This document shows, one piece after another, positions 8,688 to 18,568 of a stretch of 20,000 nt of DNA. The notes beneath the pieces were generated by a model. That model searched no databases, was not told the origin of the DNA, and saw only the letters and a list, made by a program, of their open reading frames with translations. A program made the translations under genes and the position numbers. The stretch comes from Malacoraja senta. Taxonomy: Eukaryota. The stretch covers positions 115,279-135,278 of the forward strand of contig JAXLNO010000556.1 of the NCBI GenBank assembly GCA_038087875.1, in the 5' to 3' direction. The stretch's first letter is position 1. Each line of letters starts with the position of its first letter.

Positions 8688-11647
8688 AAATTTAATCTTT
8701 GTATTTGAATTTCACGGCAACTTACATACATACAATAATAACAGACAGTAATAATCAAGGCATCATTGCACAACAGTATGTAAGCGATCCTCAAAACCCT
8801 TGCCCTTACCCACCTTCAACCCACCCAAGTCAGGTCGGAGCCAAACGGGGACAAACAACACTCACATACGTACACATCCACACACAAATGGTAGAATAGA
8901 AGAAACAAAATGTGCTATATAAAAATTAAAAAAATAAAAAAATAATAATAATAAAAAAATATATATATATATAAACATATATATCTAAATAAACAATTGT
9001 AGGCAGGGGGGATTAAGGGTAAAGCAGCTGCTGTAGAACAAAACGATGATGGAGAACACTCAGTCCTCTTCCGAGTCCGGGGACAAGGTAAGAGAGTTAA
9101 CCAGTTCAAAGAAAGGGTTCCATGTATCTAGGAATGTCTTGGTAGAGCCTTTGAGAGAGAACCTACGTTTTTCAAGTTTCAGATTGTAAAGCACCTCCTT
9201 AATCCAACGGGCGTGTGTCGGGGGACAGGTGTGCCTCCAACTAAGCAAGATCAGTCTCCGGGCTAACAAGGTTGTAAAAGCTAGGACCCGTTTCACCGCA
9301 ACAGAGAGGTTGGTATTGGGAGGGGTACCGAAAATGGCTGACATTGGATTTGGAAGAATAGTCTGGTCGTAAGCTCTGTTTATCAATTCAAAAGCTCTCC
9401 TCCAAAAGGCTTAGGGCAAGACCAAAACATGTGGCTAGGGTTGGCAGTAGATCGACTACATCTGTTACAGGTGTCATTGACAGCTGGGTACATTCTAGCT
9501 AATCTTGCATTTGTATAGTGGACTTTGTAAAGGACTTTGCATTGGATTAGGCCATGACGAGCGCATATGGAAGAAGAGTGGATCAAATCCAAGGCAGAGT
9601 CCCATTGCTGGTCTGTTAATTGCGTATTCAGCTCTCCCTCCCACGCAGCTTTTAATGAGGTATGAGGTTTCAATAAAACCGACCCTAGCAAATTATACAA
9701 AATAGAGATGCATTTCTTCCGATTGGGGGTCTAAAGCTAAGATGATATCAGTCAGGGTTTCAGGAGGGCGATTTGGGAAGTAGGGAAATGTCTTCTTCAC
9801 AAAATCCCTAATCTGGAAAAACCGAAAAAGGTGGGAGTTTGGGAGGTTGACGAGAGCTCCGCGAAAGATGAGAAGATACCATCCTTATATAGGTTTTTAA
9901 TACTATTGATGCCATTACTATGCCAGGTTTTAAATGCGTGGTCTATACTTGAAGGTTTAAAAATGTGATTTTTAAGCAGTGGGGTCAAGATGGAAGGACC
10001 CTGTAAACCGAGGTTTTTCCTAAATTGACTCCATATCTTGAGCGAAAGGGACACAATTGGGCCTGCACCCACAGATGTTATAGAAAGGGGGAGTTGGGAG
10101 CATATGACAGACCGCAATGGGAGACGTGAACTCGCCTTTTCCATATATATCCAGATCGGTGGGTGCTCGCAATCAGCATTCATCCAATACAGGAGTTTTT
10201 GCAAGTTACCTGCCCAGTAGTATCGCCTAAAATCAGGGAGGGCCAAACCGCCATCACTCTTAGGCGACTGCAGTATCGCCTTTCGGATTCTGACCGGTTT
10301 GCTACCCCATAAGAATTTAGATATTGTCCTTTCTAATTTGTCAAAAAAAGATTTGGTGATAAGTATGGGGACATGCTGGAAAAGATACAGGAATTTGGGT
10401 AGGACAACCATCTTAACCAGATTTATCCGGCCCACGAGGGATAGCGGTAAGACTGACCAGCGATCAAAATATGTTTCGGCTTTCTCAACCAGAGGCAAAA
10501 AGTTTGTGCGGAACATATCAGATAAGGGTATTGTGATTAAAAACGCCGAGATAGCGAAACCCATCCTCTGCCCTTTTGAATGAGGTTAAAGAGCGAGGGA
10601 GCTGCTTAGCCGGTAAGTTAATCGGTAATAGCTCACTCTTTTGGTAGTTAAGTTTATAACCAGAATATGCACCAAACCGTTCTAAAATATTCATAATCAC
10701 AGGGGGATAACTGACCGGGTTCGAGATGTACAGGAGCAGGTCATCCGCATACAATGAGACTTTACGAGTTGTGTCAAACCGTGTAATACCTTTAAAGCCC
10801 TTCTCTGCGCGTAACCAGACCGCCAGGGGTTCTATCGCGACATCAAACAAGAGTGGAGATAACGGGCAACCCTTTCTGGTACATCTCTGAAGTGTGAAGT
10901 GGGGCGACAGTATGTCGTTTGTTTGTACTGAGGCCACCGGGGACGAATATAATAGACTCACCCAGAGAATAAAACTGTTACCGAGGCCAAACCTATCCAT
11001 CGCTTCATATAGGTACCTCCACTCGACCCTGTCGAAGGCCTTTTCGGCATCGAGGGAGATCACCATCTCCGGGGTCTCATTACTCGAAGAGTGAATGATG
11101 TTAAGGAGACGCCCAGTATTATGGGAAGACTGTCGGCCAGGTATAAACCCTGTTTGATCCAACGAGATAATAGAGGGCATCACTCGCTGAAGACGAAGCG
11201 CAAGGGCTTTAGAAAGGATTTGAGGTCCACATTCAGGACTGAGATTGGTCTATAGCTACCACAATGCAGGGGATCTTTCTCCTTTTTAAGAATTAGGGGG
11301 ATGGTAGCCCACGACAAGGTGGGCGGTAGGCGACGATGTAAAAACGCCTCATTGTACATATCTCTCAGGACTGGTGCGAGGAGGTCAGAGAAAGCTTTGT
11401 AATATTCTACAGAGAAGCCGACAGGACCGGGTGACTTTCCGCTTTGCAGCGATGTGATGGCTGCTTGGACCTCAGCTACAGTTATTGGACCACCCAAGTC
11501 TCTCATGGCTTCTTCGTCAATTCGTGGAAGCGTCATACTACTGAACATGTCACCAGCAGTGGGGGGACAGTCGAAAGTGTATAGTTCAGTGTCGAATTTA
11601 GCAAATGCTTCATTAATTCTGAGAGGATCAGTATGAGTCTCCCCTGA

Positions 11648-11848
11648 AGGTACACAAAAATGCTGGAGAAACTCAGCGGATGCAGCAGCATCTATGGAGC
11701 GAAGGAAATAGGTAACGTTTCGGGCCGAAACCCTTCTTCAGACGTTACCTATTTCCTTCGCTCCATAGATGCTGCTGCACCCGCTGAGTTTCTCCAGCAT
11801 TTTTGTGTACCTTCGATTTTCCAGCATCTGCAGTTCCTGCTTTAACAC
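11648..11848. mobile_element. Penelope-like element pLTR-derived fold-back insert
   Basis: 73-bp inverted repeat (11646-11718 and 11742-11814, 1 mismatch), 23-nt loop, 34-bp unpaired tail. 14-bp TSD TGAGTCTCCCCTGA at 11634-11647 and 11849-11862. Removal restores L1-B ORF2 (RSSSGETHTDPLRINEAF). The Penelope assignment rests on the hammerhead motif and inverted layout. Confidence 0.75.
11714..11741 (-). ncRNA. Minimal type I hammerhead ribozyme-like core (helix I weak; activity doubtful)
   Basis: Minus strand CUGAAGA-A-GGGU(UUCG)GCCC-GAAA-CG-UU: CUGANGA and GAAA boxes, 4-bp helix II, palindromic AACGUU helix III. Confidence 0.65.
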
Positions 11849-13134
11849 TGAGTCTCCCCTGAGCTGGATCTAATGGCTGGAATTAGCCGTGAAGTCGCCT
11901 CTGGTCTGGCCTGATGGGCCAAAAGCTTTCCAGCTTTATCCCCAGATTCAAAAAAGTGTTGCCTAGATTTAAGCAGTCGTAGTTTGGCTTTATTAATGGA
12001 TATGAGGTCAAAGTCTCTTTGTAGCCTAAGGCGTTCTCTATAGAGATTAGGGTTTGGGTCAGATGCATATTTGTCATCAATGTCCTTTATTTTTTGTAAC
12101 CGATCTGCCGTTTGGAACGTCTCGGTTCTTTTCAGGTTGGAGATAAAGGAAATGAGTTGGCCCCTAATATAGGCTTTTGAAGCTTCCCAAAGTATACCTC
12201 TTTCTATGTCCTGCGAGTCATTCAGCTCAAAATATAGGGTGATTTGGGAGTGCAAGAATTGCATGTAGTGAGCCTCTGCTAATAATGAGGAGTTGAACCT
12301 CCACTTAAAGGGGTTAGTTCGTTTACGAAAATGAAGATCAAGGGAGGTCGCAGCATGATCTGATATTACGATGCTATGGTACTCACTGGATTTGATTTTG
12401 GAAAGCAATCTATTATCTAAGAGAAAGAAGTCTATACGGGTAAACGTACGATGTACGTGGGAGAAAAATGAAAATAGTTTAGTCGTGGGGAATATAAATC
12501 TCCATGGATCTGTGAGCCCCAGTTGTTTGGCAAGAACATGCCGGATTTAGTTAAAGTAGAGGCTTTATTCGAAGATCTATCCAGTATAGGATCTTGGACC
12601 AGATTAAAATCTCCACCCACATGGTGATTTTAAATATTTGGGAGAGATGTAAAAAATTTAGTTATAAATGAGCTGTCATCCCATTTGGGTCCATAAATGC
12701 TTGCTAATATGACAGGTGTGTCTTGCAATTTGCCCGACACCATGACAAAGCGACCAGCAGGGTCTTCCACCGTTTTCTGTGGTTCGAACTTAATGTTCTT
12801 ACGAATCGGGATAGCGGTGCCCCTAGCCCTATTATTAAATTTCGAGTGAAATAGTTGACGTCCAGCCTCTCTTAAGCCGTGTTACCTCTCTGTTGCGAAG
12901 GTGGGTCTCTTGGAGAAAGAATATATCGCCTTTGAGCTGTTGCAAATTGGCCAAGATCCTATCAGTTTTGGTAGGACTTCCCATCCCTCTCACGTTCCAC
13001 GAGACAAATCTAAGAGTATCGTTTGTGTGGGCAATTTTTAGCTATATGGGTAATGCGCTGTATTTCTGCAAAACGAGACGAAAGAGCGCATCGAAGCCAG
13101 CTGCCGAGAGTGGGGATGAGGAGGGGGAGGGGGG

Positions 13135-13165
<31 letters not shown>

Positions 13166-14270
13166 AAGTAAAATAAAACAAAAACAAAAAAAACAAAAAA
13201 CAAGAACTAAAACATACACACACAGCAAACAAGTGGAACACATATCATTTAACTATCTTTCAAACCTGAGTCTCCAGACCTGAGATCCCCCATGTCTCAA
13301 CTGAACCTTAAGTGCCCATTGCACCAAGGTGCGTTGTCCTCGCTTCCGCATGGAGATATCTGATCTTACCTCCCTATATCACAGCTTCCCAAAGCGACGG
13401 AGTCACTCAGTGTCGATAAGGTAACATTAAATAAAATAAGTATAGTCATAGTAATAATGACGATGATGATAATAATTTGAAAAACAGAGAGTAGGAATAA
13501 AGTAAGATAAACATACATTGATAAATGCAAAGTTAAAATAATAACCATAATGGTTGCACTGCCAGTACCATTGCTAACACTAATAGTAATAATAGCAATG
13601 ATGATAGTCACAATAAGACAAAGCATATTAACAAAATGGTGATACTAAATAAACCGGCTAACGTGTAAGTGGAGCCAGAATAACTTCCTTTGGTGTTGCA
13701 TAGTATGTCTTAAAATCGACAAAGTATAAAGAGAGAGTTGGCGTTGGAAAAGTTAGCAAATTACAAACTGGGCTGTTGAATTAAAGCGCAGCGCTAAAGG
13801 CATCAATTATGTTTTGTTAAACAAAAAAGGTATAAGATAAGATTTGTATAACACAGCCCTGGCTGTAATGAGCTCTTATCAGCCCCAGACAGTTCGTTAT
13901 GAAGATTAGTATAAGCAAACTAGCCAGGTGCTGACAGCATTAGCGGCCAGCTGCTAAGAACAGGAAGGCAGAGACCAAATCACAAACCACAAAGTGGGTC
14001 CCTTAAGCCCAGCTTTATAGCATATGCTGGTGAGGGACCCCTCAAGCACGATTACACATAGACAATATAAGAAAAAGTTGATATAAATATTCACAAATCC
14101 TGGTGATTTCTTACTAGCCTCATACATTTCGAAACCGGGGTCTAGTATAATCAGCAATGCTGAACGCTAACCATAGCTAGTTATTTGGAACAGTCAAGCT
14201 AAAGTTAGTCCATGTAACCATAGGTTAACCGGGCCCCTGTGCCACTCGAATATAGACGTACTGAACGAAG

Positions 14271-15092
14271 TCAGTCATCTGTGGGTCCCGGTCTGCGTCG
14301 ACGGTAAGATGAGATGAAATCCTGAGCGTCTTCGGGAGATGTTAGTCGTCGCCTCTTTCCCTCCCCGGACATTATGAACAGCTTGGCTGGATAATGAAGG
14401 GAGGGTTTGAAACCCAGGTTATACATCTCCTTCATAACGTCTCGGTACGCGAAGCGTTGTTCAACTATCTCGGGACAGTAGTCTTCGAAAATGTGGAACG
14501 GGGTATCTTTGTATTTCAGCTTACCCCTCTGCCTCCGAGCCTCACGTACCACCAACTCACGGGTCTGGTATCTATGAAAGCAGATCACAACTGCTCTGGG
14601 TTTCTCACCAGGGCTTGGCTTGGCTCTTAGCGTACGGTGGGCTCGGTCTTGCTCCGGGGCTGATTCCAGTATGTGTTCGCCAAGAGTCTCGAGCAGAAGT
14701 TGAGAGAAAAACGCTGTTGTTTGGGAGCCCTCGATATTCTCGGGAAGACCCACTATCCTTATGTTATTTCGGCGACTCCTGCCTTCCAGGCTGATAAGCG
14801 TAGCCTTTAGCTTGGCGTTCTCTTCGGTCACCGTAGTTAACATTAACGTTATAGCTCGTATATCTTGGCTAGTGGTAGCGGCAAAAGACTCTAATGATGA
14901 GAGACGGTGTTGGTGGTCTAACATAGTGGTCTGGATATTGTCCAGCTTCGTTTCCAATTTGGTAAACGCAGTGTTGAATTCTGCCAGTAACAATACCTTA
15001 TGTTCTGTTAACATGGCTGCTAGCGTGGCCATACCGGTGCTGGTCGTCGGGTCTTCTGTCTTTTGCTCCGCTTTCTTTCCTTTGTTTGGCAT
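14271..15092 (-). CDS. L1-B ORF1 protein (L1 transposase_22-type RNA-binding protein, 273 aa)
   Basis: Uninterrupted ORF from MPNKGKK. Coiled coil, then LEGRSRRNNIRIVGLPE, RAHR, PRAVVICFHRY, IFEDY, YPAKL. Confidence 0.93.
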   Translation of the reverse strand: MPNKGKKAEQKTEDPTTSTGMATLAAMLTEHKVLLLAEFNTAFTKLETKLDNIQTTMLDHQHRLSSLESFAATTSQDIRAITLMLTTVTEENAKLKATLISLEGRSRRNNIRIVGLPENIEGSQTTAFFSQLLLETLGEHILESAPEQDRAHRTLRAKPSPGEKPRAVVICFHRYQTRELVVREARRQRGKLKYKDTPFHIFEDYCPEIVEQRFAYRDVMKEMYNLGFKPSLHYPAKLFIMSGEGKRRRLTSPEDAQDFISSYRRRRPGPTDD

Positions 15093-15257
15093 CTTTACAG
15101 CATAGAGAGGTACTAACAATGATGTTTAAATGTTTGTGGGTGGTTAAAAAACTTAGACTGAGCTGTAATAAAAGTTGGAGGTGAAAAGGTCGGGAGCGTG
15201 GAAAATGCGACTACTCCAACATGTCGCCCCCACCGGAAGTGATAAAATGATTTTTTT

Positions 15258-16596
15258 TTTTACCGCCATTATTATACCTCTTTCAATCAATCCCGATATA
15301 TCTCCCAATTTTTTTTTTAATGTGGACTACATCGTCACGGATTTTATCTGGGATTATAAGAATCATAGAATAAGCAAAAACATTTATGCAAATCAAAGAT
15401 AAATGGAGGTTTAGCTTTACCGAATTTTTTGTTTTATTTTTGGGCAGTTAATATTAAAAATATGAACATTTGGCTGGAAGAAATGGACCAACAACCACAT
15501 TGGTTAAAGGTGGAAAAGGAAGATTGTTTACCTTTTGAAATTGGTTCGATTCTGTTTGCTACCTCAAAATTGAATTAAAAAACTTACAGGGAAAATCCTA
15601 TAATATACAGTCGTATGCGAATTTGGAAAATTTAAAAAGACCATAAAATTGGATAATTTATCACTTTTTAGCCCCATCGTGAACAACCCCTCATTTAAAA
15701 ATTCTATGTTGTAAAAGGTTTCATACAATGGAAAAATTATGGAATTAAAAAGATGGGACAACTTTATAAGAAAGGCACCTTTCTTTCATTTCAGGAGCTA
15801 CAACAGACTTACGGACTCCACTCAAATGATTTTTTTAGATATTTACAACTTAGAGATTATGTTAAATCAAATACACAAAACTTTAGAACTAGAGATTCAG
15901 AAATTCTTGTTTGAATAAACATCCTAATACAGATAAATTAATCTCATATTTATAATATCCTATTAGATAGTGAGATACTACCGACGGATTTATATAGGCA
16001 AACATGGGAAAATGAACTAAGCCAACCAATAACGAAAGATATTTGGGATGAAAGTTTACAACGTATACATCAATGTTCTTTAAATGCCAGACACTCTTTA
16101 ATACAATTTACAGTACTTCATAGATTACATTACTCCAAAACAAAACTAAATAGAATCTTCCCACATATCTCCCCTATATGTGATAAATGTCATCATTTAG
16201 AGGCTAACCTAACTCACACATTCTCAAATAGTATAAAAATCAAAAACTTCTGGACGGACATTTTTAGAATAATATCTAAAGTTGTCAACACTCAACTGGA
16301 TCCCGATTTAAAACTAATAATACTAGGAATATCAGAACAACGCCTAACACTTTCAACAACCCAAAGACACTTTATCGACTATAGTATAATAACTGGGGAA
16401 AATGTTATATTAAAATTTTGGAAAGGTCCTATAACCCCCACAATTAAAATGTGGATTATGGAAATGTCGGAGACCTTACATTTGGAAAGAATCAGACTTG
16501 TCTTAATGGACAAACAAGAACGTTTTTATCAGAATATGGTCTCCATTTATTGACTATTTGAAGGGGCAGCATGGTTCGGCACGGGAACCTGACTGA
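15258..16596 (+). pseudogene. L1-A ORF2 segment 5 (C-terminal third)
   Basis: LLYLFQSIP, GGLALPNF, LHRLHYSK, SPICDKC...LTHTF, IWSPFIDYL...EPD*; many frameshifts. Confidence 0.9.
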
Positions 16597-16838
16597 AACT
16601 CGAATTAAGGATTAGATGAAAAGTTATACTTTATAATTTACGAACTTATCTCCAATGTTATATTTTAGTAAATTATTCCATTCTTCTTTATCATGCTTTT
16701 CATTTTTTTCTCTTTCCCTTTCTTATTTTCTATCTATATAAAAAAAATACTAGAAGCAGGGTTAATATCAATCGATAATATTAGTAATGTAAGAATGATA
16801 TACAGGAAATGTTTTCAATATGATATGTACCTGCCTCT

Positions 16839-16876
16839 AATAAAAATATAATTAAAATAAATAATAATAATAAATA
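16839..16876 (+). terminator. L1-A polyadenylation signal and degenerate (AAT)n/A-rich tail
   Basis: AATAAA at 16839-16844 followed by an A-rich tail, ~240 bp after the ORF2 stop. Confidence 0.8.
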
Positions 16877-17690
16877 CCTAGAGTAATCAATTCTGTGTCG
16901 GGTCCAATTTTATTTAATTTTTTTTAGAAAAAAATTCAAAAGTTCCCCTCCAGAAATTATGTAACTTTATACAGGAAGCAGAAGAATGAGTTATTGAAGG
17001 AGACTTTTACCACAAATAGGGGAAACATTTGGAAAGATCTTATTCAGTTTCGACTTTGAATAATAAAGTATATGCAGTATTGTATTAACGAATGCCTAAC
17101 GTTAAGAGAACAGTTATGTATATATAGAGGGCTTTCCTCCCAACTATCTTTTAAAATTGTTAGACCCAGTTCATCGTCCCAAGCTCGCCTAATTATTTCC
17201 GACGATGGGGTTTGTATATTTAAAAGGGTATTATAAAGGTACGAAATTAACTTGTTTGAATCCGTGTTTCTATTCATGCATTCGTCTAGCATGTCTGGAA
17301 CCATATATTGACAGTCTTGGGTATATGATTTCAGATAGTCTCGTACTTGAAGATATCTAAAGTATTGGCTACCTTTCCTATGATATTTCGACTGTAATTC
17401 TTGAAATGAGAGGAGAGTCCCCGTCTCATAAAGATCTCCCAGTTTTGTTCATTCCTAATCTTTCCCAGTATGTGAATGCCTTGTCTAAAATAGACAGCTT
17501 AAACAAGGGATTGTTGGCGATTGGTGCGAGAAGAGATACATTTCTCAGTTTAAGATTCGTAAGGTGCTATTGATTATCGGATTTTTCTCATATACTGATT
17601 TCTTCAGATTATTGGAGAGAGAAGAATCACGCCTATATTAAAAGGCAAACATACTTATCTCTCCATTATTAGCCAGTTTACCTGTTGGCA
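16877..17690 (-). mobile_element. L1-clade ORF2 C-terminal fragment (L1-C), decayed
   Basis: Minus strand CLPFNIG, NPIINSTLRI, DSNKLISYLYNTLL, CSLNVRHSLIQY, KLNKIFPNVSPICGK, DTELITLG. Homologous to L1-A segment 5 but clearly diverged. Confidence 0.87.
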
Positions 17691-17751
17691 TGTGTTGTCA
17701 GGTCACCGTTTATTTGTCAGTGCTGTACCTGGCGCAAACTTCACACACAGG

Positions 17752-17975
17752 TTTCCCCCCCTCTCTTTCTCCCCTCTCCCAACCCCATTCGCTCTCTCTC
17801 CTCTCTCCCCCTCTCTCTCTCTCTCTAACCCATCTCCCCCCTCTCTCTATCTCCCTCCTCTCTCCTCGCCCCCTCTCTCCTTCCTCTCTCCCCCCTCTCA
17901 CACCCCCTCTCCCCTCTCTTTTTCTCCCCCCTCTCTCCCTTCTCTCTATCCCCCACTCTCTCTCACCTCTCCTCC
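17752..17975. repeat. CT-rich polypyrimidine low-complexity tract
   Basis: Read directly from the sequence. Confidence 0.9.
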
Positions 17976-18013
17976 CAGCTTAAGGATAAGGGGGAAATCC
18001 TTTAATACCGAGA
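17976..18013 (+). mobile_element. 38-bp internal CR1 fragment
   Basis: 37/38 identical to 2581-2618. Confidence 0.85.
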
Positions 18014-18026
18014 GAGAGAGAGAGAA

Positions 18027-18100
<74 letters not shown>

Positions 18101-18107
18101 ATAGAGA
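18010..18107. repeat. (GA)n microsatellite
   Basis: Read directly from the sequence. Confidence 0.95.
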
Positions 18108-18275
18108 GTTTACTGTCTTTTTGCACTAAACGTTATTCCCTTTATCCTGTATCTGTACACAGTGGACGGCTCGATTGCAATCATGTACAGTCTTCCCGCT
18201 GACTGGATAGCACGCAACAAGAAAGCTTTTCACTGTGCCTCGATACACGGGACAATAAAGTGAACTAAACTGAAC
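18108..18275 (+). mobile_element. Probable LINE 3' UTR end (Rex1/Babar- or L2-like)
   Basis: Ends AATAAA (18254-18259) plus a TGAAC/TAAAC pentamer tail. Resembles a common elasmobranch repeat from memory; family not certain. Confidence 0.55.
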
Positions 18276-18316
18276 CGTCATGGTCTGGGCTGCGTCCACA
18301 ACTCTCTGTGATTTCT
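18276..18316 (-). mobile_element. Short inverted LINE ORF2 fragment (Rex1/Babar- or L2-like)
   Basis: Minus strand KSQRVVDAAQTMT resembles the LQRVVxxA motif of the ORF2 C-terminus; very short. Confidence 0.4.
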
Positions 18317-18568
18317 GGTTTGCTGCAAAGCAATAACTATTTTACAATCTTTGCTGTGATCCTGGTTTCTCCGAATGAATTGCTAACAGCTGAACCTGTT
18401 GTAAAAATCAAAGACGTCCTTATCAGGCCGCCATGCTTCTTATCGACCACATTCCTTGTTATCTCTGTGACCCGAGCGTATTGTTCCAAAGTTCTCCTTA
18501 ATCTGTGAGATTCGGAACAGAGGGAGAGAGTTAACACGTGTATATTGTGTAGGAAGGAACTGCAGAAG

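Larger units (their letters stand above)
9060..13045 (-). pseudogene. L1-B ORF2 (endonuclease, RT, Cys/His domain), multiple frameshifts and one insertion
   Basis: SWNVRG, FLQETHL, GGDFN, SDH, GKSPGP, SLDAEKAFDRV, KGCPLSP, YADD, CNRC...HMFWSC. The start position is inferred because no in-frame ATG remains. Confidence 0.94.
8688..15241 (-). mobile_element. Full-length L1-clade LINE (L1-B)
   Basis: 5' UTR begins CACTTCCGGTGG, then ORF1, ~1.2-kb spacer, ORF2, 3' UTR and short A tail. TSD ATAAAATGATTTTTTT at 8672-8687 and 15242-15257. The target is a TTTT/A L1 endonuclease site. Confidence 0.95.
734..16876 (+). mobile_element. L1-clade LINE (L1-A), decayed, ORF2 plus 3' UTR, interrupted by five insertions
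   Basis: Five collinear ORF2 segments (734-969, 1302-2387, 2887-3160, 7795-8687, 15258-16596) sum to ~3.83 kb (~1275 codons). They read APE endonuclease, RT, then C-terminal Cys/His domain, followed by AATAAA and an A-rich tail. Confidence 0.92.

Noticed and set aside
11646..11814. MITE/DNA transposon, pre-miRNA or terminator reading of the long hairpin
   Set aside because: The inverted repeats are not terminal (34 extra bp lie inside the TSDs), the TSD is 14 bp, and a single-arm homologue exists at 19286-19373.
13366..13626. Hydrophobic 86-aa ORF in the L1-B spacer as a membrane protein or extra ORF
   Set aside because: The Ile/Thr-rich translation arises from ATT/ATC/ACT low-complexity repeats. 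It cannot be supported without family conservation.
17690..18129. Pro/Ser/Leu-rich and Glu/Arg-rich ORFs (also 19575-19992)
   Set aside because: Translations of CT/GA microsatellites that lack stop codons by composition.
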